Position numbers and translations under genes: made by a program. From assembly GCF_009914755.1 (NCBI RefSeq), contig NC_060927.1: a DNA stretch of 64,000 nt. One strand, written 5' to 3'. This DNA comes from the human T2T-CHM13v2.0 reference genome, Homo sapiens. Of this stretch, positions 1 to 13,300 are shown piece after piece; the first letter of the stretch is position 1, and every line of letters begins with the position of its first letter. Below the pieces are notes generated by a model. It saw only the letters and a list, made by a program, of their open reading frames with translations, was not told the DNA's origin and ran no database searches.

Positions 1-99
1 GACATGAAACTTTTTAAGTATAGAACTCCAAAATCCAAGCAAGCAAGCAAAAAACTAAACAGAAGGAGGAACATATCCTCCCAAAGATGAGGTATATGG

Positions 100-1100
100 G
101 CCAATGCACCTATACTTCCTGCTACATTTCAGTCATCATTTGTAAACCTACATATATGACTTAACTCACTGGAGTCCTGATAAAATAGTTGAGAAAAATG
201 GTATTTCTAAAACATTTCTCCAGCCATAGATCATAAGATATATAATGACTATCACATTTGCCCAAAATGTAATAAAAAAATTTATACAGTTCCCAAAGAC
301 GTTTTCCCCTTCCTAAAGGCCCCTTTGCAGCATGACACTTAGATTTTATTCAGCTACCACCATCACAAGAATGCAAATGTGTTCTAATGGTGATTTACAT
401 ATTTTGTCATTGGATCATAACATTTCTACATGGAAGAACAAAGGCCTTAACAGTAAGTAAAATTATCTTTAAAAAATTATTCTAACTCGAGGAACTCCCC
501 TGGAACTTCTTAGCAACAGAGGCACTTGCTTTACTAGACAGACAATTCAATCAGTACAATCAGTATATAAAATCTGGCTCGTCCTCCAACATATCCATTA
601 TACTTATTATCCCCAGTCATCTGGTTAGTAAAAAACACAAACTAAATAATAAAACTCAATTGACAAAATTAACTGAGGCTTTAAAAATTCCTTGGCCAAA
701 AGCTCTTCCATTGATTTTGTATAACCTAAGATCAACCCCTTTTAATAGACATCAGTTGTCTCCATTTAAAATTATAACAGATAAACCTATAAAATTCACT
801 CAAAAAATTATACATCTCTGATATTAAATGGAGACATATTCAACTATTACAATGGCAGCTAACTAAAAATTATATACTAATAAAAAATTATTTTCATGGT
901 GAGCTTCTGGGAGACAAAAATTTAAAGACCATGAATTTCAACCAAGAGATTTTATTTACTAAAAGCAGTATCTTTTAAAAGACTCTCTCCAACCAAAGTA
1001 AAAGGGATCTTATCAGGTAATTCTTACTAGTAACCCTTGCACTGCAAAATTAGAAGACATAGACTGTTAAATTCATATATCTTATCTCCTAAATAGATGA
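100..1100 (+). pseudogene. Retroviral integrase remnant (stops and frameshifts)
   Basis: Manual translation gives the rve core. First catalytic D is kept (GAT 342-344); the second D reads N (AAC 515-517); the catalytic E region reads K. Boundaries approximate. Confidence 0.8.
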
Positions 1101-1299
1101 TTTCACCAGAAGGTAATCTTCATTATTAGATAGGTCAATGCCAGGCCAAAAAAAAAATGACATCTGAGACAGCCAACCTTCCCAAGACACTAGACCAGGC
1201 CCAAATCTAAACAAATCGTTGATATTAATAATCGTTAATAGATGAAAAATATTTTCTTTTATAAGTTCCCATTAAATTTATTTCTTTTCACCCCTCCCC

Positions 1300-2630
1300 T
1301 AATTCTTATGTTTTAATGCTACTATTATCAACTGTTACCTATAACAAAATCTCTTCTTACAGTGGGCACAAGACTATGCTAATAGCCAAAAAAAAGACAC
1401 TTGCTAGTTATGTGGCCCCATGCCCTTTCTAGGGGTTCTGTCCTACCATGATAGACATCTCCTCTCCAAAGACTAAATAAAATATCAAAAATATATCTTT
1501 GTTTTTCAAGAACAGTCACCAGTACTTAGAACTGATATGTCTAAAGATAATATATATCACTCATCTATTAATGAAACCTTACAAAATAAGACATTAAAAA
1601 TTTTTCAATAAAAACCCCAGTTCATTAGCTTTAACAGTGGCACTGCTCCAACTAAGAGGTAAGACAGTAACACTGTCTCAACTAAAAGATAAGACAGCTC
1701 AATTCAAGATGATACAACACAAATTATGGACAATTTTATCTGATTTGCTTGCTCCTCTGGCCAGCTTAGTCAGCTTATCCTTTTATATTGAGAACAAAAA
1801 AAAAAAAAATCACACCAAAGATACCTGGCCAACTAACACTAAGAAAATAAAATACATACCCCCCAAACAGTATATTCATGCCATTATATTACAAAGTACT
1901 GATTGACATGCCACTAAATAGACACAATGAACAAGCATTTATTGGCTAGCTCCAAAAAGAACACCTTGGCTGTGTGATACCAATCTATGGCCATAGTTAC
2001 CATGTTCTTTGGGTTATATTTGGACATAAGCATACCAAAGCATACCATTTCAAACCCCACAAACCTTCCTCATTTGTAATCTTATTGGGTTTATTCTAAA
2101 CTCAGCTGATTAAATCATTTAGCTTTCATCTTTATGCCACAACTAGATATTAAAAATGTCATTTAACATATAGAGGCCCTAACCAAATATAAAACCGGCC
2201 CTAAATGATAGCCACATAGATATCTTATTATTAAACAATAAAGTAACTCCTATAAAAAAGGCTATATTACAGAACCATATGACTTTAGACATACAACAGC
2301 CCAAGGGAAAACATGCACTATCATAAATTTCAATACCCCAAATCAAATAACATCACTAAATTAATGGCTGATATAAAAACCCAAATAACTAACCATTTAA
2401 AGCCAAAACTCTCCCTGAGCAATTGACTAAGTAACTGGTTTAAGTCTTGGGAAACTTGGTGACAAAAGTTATTACTTATTCAAAAATTATAATCATATAC
2501 TATATTTTATCCTGTTTTTGTCTTCACTTATACAACATTCATTTACAATAGAGTCAACATGCATATGACTAAAAAGAATAACATAATGGTTAGTCAAAAA
2601 GATTACATTAATTAAAGATACAGCCACTTA
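1300..2630 (+). pseudogene. Retroviral env remnant (SU/TM)
   Basis: WLAP..T.WLC..NLWP-like stretch at about 1940-2000; LQNHMTLDI ISU-like motif followed by QGKTCTII; then a W-rich membrane-proximal and a hydrophobic segment. The 1637-1906 ORF in the track lies inside this remnant. Confidence 0.7.
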
Positions 2631-2859
2631 GTCTGACTTATGTAACAAGTCACTTCCTTCACGTTACTTTAAATTCAGCCTGTACTCCATCAACTTTATA
2701 ACTTATCCAATTATTCATTGCCAGGAACATGACATTCTGGAAATGAGCCTTCATAGCAAAGTGAAACTAAACACAAACATAAAAAGAGTCAAAACTATTG
2801 GGTTTATCTAGGATGCTTTCTTTGAAAGAAAATTTAAAAAAAATAAAAAAATAGGAAAA

Positions 2860-3722
<863 letters not shown>

Positions 3723-3949
3723 ATGGCAGACTGTTATAAATCAATGCCTTAGCCTCTGCCAGAGGACCCTCTTCCCTGAATGCTCATGTGTGGTCAACCC
3801 CTGAAGCTGTGAGAGTTACCCCTAGTCATCCATTTTGCAGTGCCTAACTTGTCTTTTATATCTTGAAGGGTGAGTATCCCGCAACCACCTGGGCCTCATT
3901 CCCCATCCTGCCTAATGAGGCCTGAGCTGTGCCATTGCTTCATTCTATG

Positions 3950-4530
3950 TGTAGGGGCTCAGGGAAAACTTCCCCTTCGCCCTCTGAAGGTTTGCTGAAA
4001 ATCAGCTAACAAAGGACAGATTAATAGGGGAAATGGCATACAAATTTATTAATGTGCATGAAAGTCTTATGAAGATCTCAAGGAAAGATAAGATGGTTGA
4101 TGCTTTTATATCATCTTGGGATTACAGAAAGAATGGGGACTCAGAGCATGACCAAAAAACAGGTTATGGTGGTAAGTGAGGTTGTGGTGTCAAGATAGGT
4201 TATAGGAGGGAGAGAAGAGGAGGGTGGTAGCAAAGGTAGTCTTGTTATGCAGACTAACTACAGCTGTAGCAGCCCTCAGGGAGACTAGATGGTAAATGTT
4301 TCTTTCAGACTTTTAAAGTGTCAGACTCTCAGTTAATCTTTCTTAGACTTGGACAAGGGAGGGCCTCAGAGAAAGCATGGCTACATCAATGCAGATTCTC
4401 TCTACAGATGCAAATCTCTCCCACAAAAGACAGCTTTTTAGCTATGCCTATATTTCCAGCCCTTCTGAAAAGCAATCTCTAAATGTATCAAAGACATGTA
4501 TTTTTAGGTGAAATATTTTGGTTTTCTTCA
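3950..4530 (-). mobile_element. Solo LTR, MER34/MER39-like (ERV1)
   Basis: TG...CA termini. Reverse complement begins TGAAGAAAACCAAAATATTTCACC, resembling MER34/39 5' ends. About 580 bp. Confidence 0.75.
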
Positions 4531-5089
4531 CGTGCGAGAAATGTACCTGGAGTAGGGGCTTCACCACTTCCCAGGCTGGTCTGAGTCCTGGTTTGAGGGA
4601 CCTGGTTTTGATTGTTTTCAGAATTCCAGCTACGCCCTACCTGCTGCCTTATTTATCAGGCTGGAGACTACCTGGGTGCCCCTGCTAGATTTCCCTCTCC
4701 TGCTCTAAAGCCCAAGGCTCAGGCAAGGTCCTAGGTCAGACTGCAAGGTCCTAGCCACAGGCCAATGGCTTTGGCTTGTCTCCCTTCTTGTGCAGTATCT
4801 CTAAGTGCTGAGAGGAGGTGGTAGGTGCCAGCAATCTGCATTTCTCCAGGCCTGGGCTTTTGCCATGCAGCCTTGCCTTGCCCTGTCCATCTGCCACTCC
4901 CACTTCCCTTCCTGCCTTCTTTTTTGTCACCTCCTGGGTTGGCCCCTCTGGTACCAGTTTTATCCAATTGTGTGGGTCTGGAATCACATCTAAGCGCTTA
5001 TGTTGCTGTAACAATATAAACAGATTCGTGTGATCCTGAAGTAGGCCTGTAATGGCCCACATTCTCTGCCATGTGTGCGGGTATGTGTG

Positions 5090-5145
<56 letters not shown>
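5090..5145. repeat. Compound (TG)n(GA)n microsatellite
   Basis: Directly visible. Confidence 0.97.
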
Positions 5146-5148
<3 letters not shown>

Positions 5149-5319
5149 TCATTGATGACTGTATTTTTAATCCTCCTTCCTTGGTACACTATTTATTCAT
5201 TTTACATGAACCTCAAAGCAGAGGCACAGAGCTGGTACTGAATGCCAGATCCTTGATCACACTATCTATCTTACTGAAAATGTAAGAGCTAAGGGGTTCA
5301 TTGATGCTAGTTTGTTTTG

Positions 5320-5570
5320 TAGCTAGAGTATCCTTACCTGACTTGTGACCTTGGGCATGTACCTTCATCTTTTTGTGCCTTCACCTTTCTCACCATACAA
5401 GGAAGATGATGGGGCATCTGACTGGAGAGTTATGAGGATTAAATGTCTTCATCCTCATTTAAAATGAAAGCCCTATATTAATAAATGTTCCTTTGACTAT
5501 GAAAAAAAAATAAAAAATAAAATGAAAGCTCTTTGGGCAACCTCTAGAACACAGTAAATGCTCATAAGAA
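5320..5570 (+). mobile_element. MIR fragment
   Basis: TGTGACCTTGGGCA...TGAGGATTAAATG...AGTAAATGCTCA core-like motifs. Confidence 0.6.
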
Positions 5571-6994
5571 CCTGAGATAAGAACTCTTACTGGCTTAATT
5601 GTGACTGGTTGATCTAGTCCATGAATTCCATAATTATAGATACCTTTAAATTTTTATATCTGTTTAGTAAATTCAAATGTTTTTTATGGTTTGGCTTTTC
5701 CTAAGGTAAGGTATATTGTCCTATTATTATTAGATTATTCTCTACAAGCAGAAAGAAATGCTAGTGTTTGTTTTACAACTGATGTTTAATTGTTTAGACC
5801 TTAGATGTTTCTCTTTATTTTGTATATTCACTCACGTACTGACTTGTGGTTAGAGAAGATTCTTAGCTGCCGAGACATTTTGTTTTTCATTTGAATTAGA
5901 GTCTCAGATGTCTTTTATTTAGGGAGGTTTTTTCATACATTTTCTGTTTCCCTGCATACCTTCTGCAGGAACTATACAGTGGCTTCTGCTTTTTTTCTGA
6001 TTAAAGAAACAAAGCATTTCTATATAGAGAATGGATCAGTGGGCAAATGAAGAGTGAATTTCTGAGAAAACAATAGTTTCTGCTTTGATAGCTTAAATAC
6101 ACAGGGGAAGCTTTTTCAGTATGAAGTGGAAGCTTTGCAGCTACTGAGAATGTTTGTTTTCTCCTGGAGAAACATTTCTGTCTTAAAGGTGGTTCCAAAG
6201 CAGTGCTCATCCTAGCACCATAGTGAGGGAGAGTCTCCCTCCTGGGCTGGTTCTTCGTGAGTCACAAGGGCCAGTCCTCCTATACCAGCCCCTTCACTTT
6301 TAAGGCATTCTGCTCTACTGTGTCATTAGAGGCTTCAGTATTGTTGATGTGCTCAAAAGATCACTGGACATAGAGATGATTCTGGTCCACTGTTGCCATT
6401 TTTGGGAATGACAAAGGATCCCTCTGGCAGTAAAACTCTACTTGAATTTTATGCCTCCCCTTTACCTGTGGGAAGCCTCTCACTAAAATTAACGTTATCA
6501 GACCTTAGTTTCCTCTATGAAGTAGAGAGAATATTCAAGAATAAATGATGGAATTTTGGGGCTAAAGTGGAATTTAGAAATCAGTCTTGAATTTAGGTAA
6601 AAATAACCTGCTCATTTTCTAAATGTAGATTCTTAGTCCCCAGGAATTAAGCATGTTGCAAAAATCAACCAGCAAGTGAGCACTGGTGAACTCTTCCTGT
6701 TTCCACAATTGTGACAGTAGGCCTTTTGCTAAGTTTTTGTCTTCCAGTGTACGTAGTAGACAGTTAAGTGACAGGAACTCTACTCCACTCCCCTAACTGT
6801 TTTCAAGGGAATATTTAAACTCACTGTGTTGCCTAAGTACAAACAATCATCATTTAAACCATTTGTTTTTTGAGGGAGGGGGTTGAATCTTGAAAACTGA
6901 GAGATGAATTTGCAGCCTGTGTTACAAAATTTGCACATATTCAGGTGGGAAGTTATACCCCAACTCCAGGTACATTGTAAAGATGTTGACAGCT

Positions 6995-7300
6995 GGCTGG
7001 GTGCAGTGGCTCACGCCTGTAATCTCAGCACTTTGGGTGGCTGAGGTGGGTGGATCACTTGAGGTCAGGAGCTCAAGACCAGCCTGGCCAACATGGTGAA
7101 ACCCCGTCTCTACTAAAAATACAAAAATTAGCCGGGTGTGGTGGCACATGCCTGTAGTCCCAGCCTACTCAGGAGGCTGAGACAGGAGAATTGCTTGAAC
7201 CTGGGAGGCAGAGGTTGCAGTAAGCCAAGATTGTGCCACTGCACTCCAGCCTGGGCTACAGAGCAAGACTCCGTCTCAAAAAAAAAAAAAAAAAAAAAAA
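6995..7300 (+). mobile_element. AluS-family SINE
   Basis: Full dimer with A tail. Imperfect TSD AAGATGTTGACAGCT / AAGTGTTGACGGCT. Confidence 0.96.
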
Positions 7301-7317
7301 AGTGTTGACGGCTGTCT

Positions 7318-10300
7318 GACTTCCCCTTCTGGGAAGATGGATTAGATGTACTTTTTTCCATTCTTCTCATTAAGTATAACTAAAAACCCTGGGGGCTCAC
7401 CATATCTAAGACAAACATAATAAGAGGACTATGAACAGTGGACAGAAGAAGGCAGACTGGCTGTGTTCCCTGGGTACTGAGGAGTGGCATGGTGTTGAGT
7501 TCTCTTAGGTTTTTGTTTTGTTTTGTTTTGTTTTGTTTGCCTCATATATTTGAGTCTTGAAGGTGAAAAAGTTGGCAATACCAATTGTCACAGAAATACC
7601 AATTGTCAGAGATGAAAATGTTCCCATCTCCAAAACCAGCAAAAGCCAAAGGACTAGGAAAAGGGCAGCCAAACAAGACAGACAATTTTTACATGATAAC
7701 TGCTCTACTCCATCCAAACGACACAGAAAAAAATCTGTGGCCTCCACCCCTACCTAGAAAAAGCTAAGCAGGAAGCTGAGACTTTTATCCTTAATGGCCA
7801 GTAATGAGCCCTTCACCTCTCTTGTGGTGTAAGTGGGGCCACTTGGACAGCCAGACCAACAAGCACCTGGAAGAAACAAGGAAGCTCCCTCCCAGCCAGT
7901 GTGGTGTCAGAGGAGGCCTAGTGGAGAGTAAAAATATTCACCACTGCCCAGTAACAATGAGGCCACCTCCACTGTAGAGTCAGCAGAGATCTTGTGGGGA
8001 GCTGGAATTTCCACCCAGCAGCAACAAGGAGCTCCCTCCTCAGGTATCAACAGAGGTCAAATGAGGACCCTGGACTTCTGACTCTCTTTGGCAGCAGTAA
8101 ATCCAGAGTGTTGTCAGAGAGAGCCGCTAAAACAGAGGTTTAAATAAGATTCAGAGTTTCAGAACATAATACAATAGTACACAAGTGTCAATACAAATTT
8201 GCTCATCATACCAAGAACCTGGAACATCTCAAACTGAATGAAAAAGACAATCAATATATGCCAAGACTGAGAGGGCAGAGGTGATGGAATTATCAGGCAA
8301 AGATTTTAAAGCAGCCATGATTAAAAAATATATTTCAATGAGCAATTTCAAACATACTAGAAACAAATAATAATAATAATAAACCCTTAACGAGGAAGTA
8401 CAAAGTCTCCGCGAGGAAATAAAGGATATAAAGAAGAACCAAGTAGAAATTTTAGATGTGAAAAATGCAATAACTGAAGCTCAATAGCAGAACAGAAGAA
8501 AAAAATCAGTGAGCTGGCAGGTAGAACAATAGAAATTACCTAGTGTGAACAACAGAGAGAAAGTAGAGTGGACTGAAAGTGAATAGAGCCTCAGGAAGCT
8601 ATGGGACTATAATACAGGATCTAAATTTATATTATTAGAGTTACAGAAGGAAAGGAGAAAGAGAGTTGAAAAAAGTACTTGAAGAAATAATGGCTGAAAA
8701 CTCCCCAAATTTGACAATAGACACAAACAAACAAACAAAAACCTGAGTGAATACCAAACAGGATAAACCCAAAGAAATCCACACCAAGACACATCCTAAC
8801 TATACTCTTGAAAACAGAGAAAAATGATACCATACCTGCACAGGGAAAACAATAAGAATGACAGCTTTCTCAACAGAAATCATACAGGCGAGAACAAAAA
8901 ATAGCATGTATTTTTTAGGTGCTAAAAGGGAAAAACTGTCAACTCAGAATCCTATATTTTGTGAAAATATTCTTTAGGAATGAAGGAGAAATCAAGGCAT
9001 TCTCATATGAAGGAAAACTAAGAATCTGTTACCAGGAGACCTTTGCTAAGGAAGTGATAACAGAAGAAATCCTAGAACATCAAGAAGGAAGAAAGAACAT
9101 GGCAAGCAAAAATACTGATAAATACAATAGGCTTTCTTTATCCTTTTCTAAATATATTTTTAAAATTATGTTTCACAGTTGAAGCAAAAATTATAATACT
9201 GTTTGATGTTTTAAATGCATGTAGAATAAATAAGACAATTATATTGTGAATGGGGTAAAGGAACATAAAGGAAGGTAAGTTTACTATACTTCACTTGAAC
9301 TGGTAAAATCATTATACCAGTAGAGCATGATGTATGTTATGGCTATAAAATGTCATACCTACCAACCACTAGAAAAAGCTATACAAAGAGATATATTCTA
9401 AAACACTCTACATAAATCACAAGGAAATTCTAAAAAATGTTCAAGTAATCTACAGGAAGGTAGGACAAGTAATCTACAGGAAGTAAACACAGAAATAAAA
9501 AATAGTAAAAAATTTCATATTTAAGCCCTAACACATCAATGACATTAAATGTAAATGGCCTAAATATACCAGTTGAAGATACAAATTAGCAAAGTGGATT
9601 TAAAAAACATATCCTAGTCATATGCTATTTACAAGAAATTCACCTCAAATATAACGATATAGATAGGTTGAAAGTAAAAGTATAGAACTATATATATGAT
9701 ATAAAAATTAATTTTAAAAATCAGGATTAGCTATATGAATATCTGATAAGCTAGATTTCAGAGCAAAGAAAATCACCATAATCAGAGAGGGGCATTGCAT
9801 AATGATAAACAGGTCGATCAACGAAGAAGGCATAGTGATTCTAAATGTTTATGCAGCAAACAACAGAGCTTGAAAATATGTAAAATTTAAATTGGTAGAA
9901 CTAACACTGAAAATAGACAAGCCAACAATTAGAGATGGAGACTTCAACAACCTCTCCCAACAACCGATAGAACAAACAGGGAGATAATCAACAAGGATGT
10001 AGAAAAAATCAACACCACAGTCAAGCAACGAGATTTAATGGACATTTATAGAACACTTCCCCCAACAACAGCAGAACTCAAATGGCAACAGAATATATAT
10101 TGAGACCATATTCTGGGCTATAAAACAAACCTTAACAAATTTAAAACTTGTGAAATAATAGAGCGTGTTCTCTACAATATAATCAAACTAGAAATCTACA
10201 GAAAAATAAACAGGAAAAATCTACAAACACACTGAAACTAAATAGCACACTTCTAAATAATCCGTAGGTCAAGGAGGAAGTCTGAAAGGAAATAAAAATT

Positions 10301-13300
10301 CATTGAACTGAATTAAAATGAAAATACAATATTTCAAAATTTATGGGAAACTGCTAAAGTAGTACATAGAAGAAAATTTATAGTACTAAATGCATACTGG
10401 AAAAGAGGAATAGTCTCAGACCAATAATCTAAGTTCCCATCATAAGAACTCAGAAAAAGAGCAAAATAAACCCAAAGCAAGCAGAAGGAAGGAAATAATA
10501 AGGATCAGAACTGAGATCATTTAGGTTGTAAACAGGAAAACAATAAAAATAAATGAAACAAAGTCTGGTTCCTCAAAATGATTTAAAAAATAAATCTTCA
10601 GCAAGACTCACAAGGGAAAAAAAGGAGAAAACACAAATTGTCAGTATCACCGAGGACGCAGACAATATCAATATAGACTTTGTCTACATCAAAAGAATAA
10701 TAAAGCGAATATGATGAATATTTCTTTTTTCATTATTTCAACTTTTATTTTAGATTCAGAGGGTACATGTGCAGATTTGTTATGGGGGTATATTGTGTGA
10801 TGCTGAGTTTGGGGTAGAAATGATCCCATCACCCAGGTAGTGAGCATAGTACTCAATAGGGAATTTTTCAGCCATTGTTCCCTCCTCCTTTTCTCCAGTA
10901 CTCCCCAGTGTCTATTGTTCCCATCTTTATGTCCATGTATACCCAGTGCTTAGCTCCCACTTATAAGTGAGAACATGTGGTATTTGGTTTCCTGTTCCTG
11001 TGTTAATTCACTTAGGATGATGCCCTCTAGCTGTATCCATGTTGCTGCAAAAGACATAATATCATTCTTTTTAATGGCTGTGTAGTATTCAATGATGTAT
11101 ATGTACCACATTTTCTTGATTCAATCCACCATTGATGGGTGCCTAAGTTGATTCCATGTCCTTGCTATTGTGAATAGTGCTGCAATGAACATATGAGTGC
11201 ATATGTCTTTTTTGCAGAACAATTCATTTTCCTTAGGGTATATACCCAGTAGTGGGATGGCTGGGTTGAATGGCAGTTCTGTTTTCAATTCTTTGAGAAA
11301 CCTCCAAACTACTTTCCACAGTGACTGAACTAATTTACATTCTCACCAACAGTGTGTAAGTGTTATCTTTATTCCACAACCTCACCAACACCTGTTATTT
11401 TTTGTCTTTTTAATAAAATAGCCATGCTGACTGATGTGAGATGGTATCTCATAGTGGTTTTGATTTGTATTTCTCTGATGGTGAGTGACATTGAGGATTT
11501 TTTTATATGCTTGTTGGTTGCTTGTATGTCGTCTTTTGAAAAGTGTCTATTCATGTCCTTTGCCCAGCTTTTGATGGGGTTATTTGTTTTTTGCTTGTTG
11601 AATTGTTTAAGTTCCTTATAGATTCTGGATATTAGACCTTTGTCAGGTGCATAGTTTACAAATATTTTCTCCCATTCTGTGGGTCATTTGTTTACTCTGT
11701 TGATGGTTTCTTTTGTTGTACAAAAACTCTTTAGTTTAATTAGGTTCTACTTGTCAATTTTTGTTTTTGTTACAATTGCTTTTGAGGACTTAGTCATAAA
11801 TTCCTTGCCAAAGTCGATGTCTAGAATGGTGTTTCCCAGGTTTTCTTCTAGGACTTTTATAGTTTAGGTCTTACATTTAAATATTTAATCCATCTCGAGT
11901 TAATTTTTATATATGGTTAAAAGTAGGGGTCCAGTTTCATTCTTCTGCTTATGGCTAGGCAGCTATTCCAGCAACATGTATTAAATAGGGAGTCCTGTCC
12001 TCATTGCTTCTTTTTGTCAACTTTATCAGAGATCAGATGGTTGTAGGTGTGAGGCTCTATGTCTGGATTTTCTATTCTGTTCTGTTGGTTTTATGTGTCT
12101 ATTTTTGTACCACTACTGTGCTGTTTTGGTTATTGTAGCTTAATTGTATAGTTCGAAATTGGGTAATGTGATGTCTTTGTTCTTTTTGCTTAGGAATGCT
12201 TTGGCTATTTGGGCTCTTTTTGGTTCCATAATAATTTTAGAATACTTTTTTCTAATTCTGTTAAAGCTAATATTGGTAGTTTGATAGGAGTAGTGTTGAG
12301 TCTGTAGGTTGCTTTGAACAGTATGGCCATTTTAACAATGTTAATTCTTCCAATCTATGAACATGGAATGTTTTTTGATTTGTTTATGTCATCTGTAAAT
12401 TCTTTCAGCAGGGTTGTGTAGTTCTCCTTGAGAGATCTTTCACCTCCTTGGTTGGAAATATTCCTAGGTGTGTGTTTGTGTGTGTCTATTGTAAATGGGA
12501 TTGCTTTCTTGATTTGGATCCCAGCTTTAACATTATTGGTGCACAGAAATGTTACTGATTTTTGTGCGTTGATTTTGTATCCTGAAACTTTCCTGAACTT
12601 ATTTATCAGGTCTAGGATCCTTTTGGCGGATATGTTAGGATTTTTTTAGGTATAGAATCATTGTCAGTGAAGAAATACAATTTGACTTTTTCTTTTCCTA
12701 TGTGGATACCTTTTATTTGTTTCTCTTGCCTGATTGCTCTGGCTAGGCCTTCTAGTACCATGTTTAATAGGACTGATGAGAGAATGGGCATCCTTGCTTG
12801 TTCCTATTTTTAAGGGGAATGCGTCCAGCTTTTTTCTCTTCAGTTGATGTTGGACAAATTCCTGGAAATGTACAACCTCCCAAAATGGAATCAGGGAAGA
12901 AATTGAAACTCTGATCAGAGCAATATCAAGTTCCAAAATTGAATCAATCATAAAAAACCTACCAACCAAAAAAATCCCTGCACCAGATGGATTCACAGCC
13001 GAATTCTGCCAGACATACAGAGAAGAGCTGGTACCATACTGAAACTATTCCAAAAAACCAAGGAGAAGGAACTTCTCCCTAACTCATTCTGCAAAGTCAG
13101 CATCACCCTGATACCAAAACCTGGCAAAGACACAGCAAAAAAAGGAAACTACAGGCCAGTCTCCCTGATGCACATAGATGTGAAAATCCTCAACAGAATA
13201 CTATTAAACCAGAAGCACATGAAATATTTAATTTACCACAATCAGGTAGGCTTTATTTGTGGAATGCACAGTTGATTCAACATACATAAATCAATAAATG

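Noticed and set aside
1637-1906. 89-aa ORF as a gene
   Set aside because: GTG start; lies inside the hypermutated env remnant and includes a poly-A run.
4731-5285. Cluster of overlapping ORFs
   Set aside because: Produced by the (TG)n(GA)n microsatellite and GC-richer sequence; no recognisable domain.
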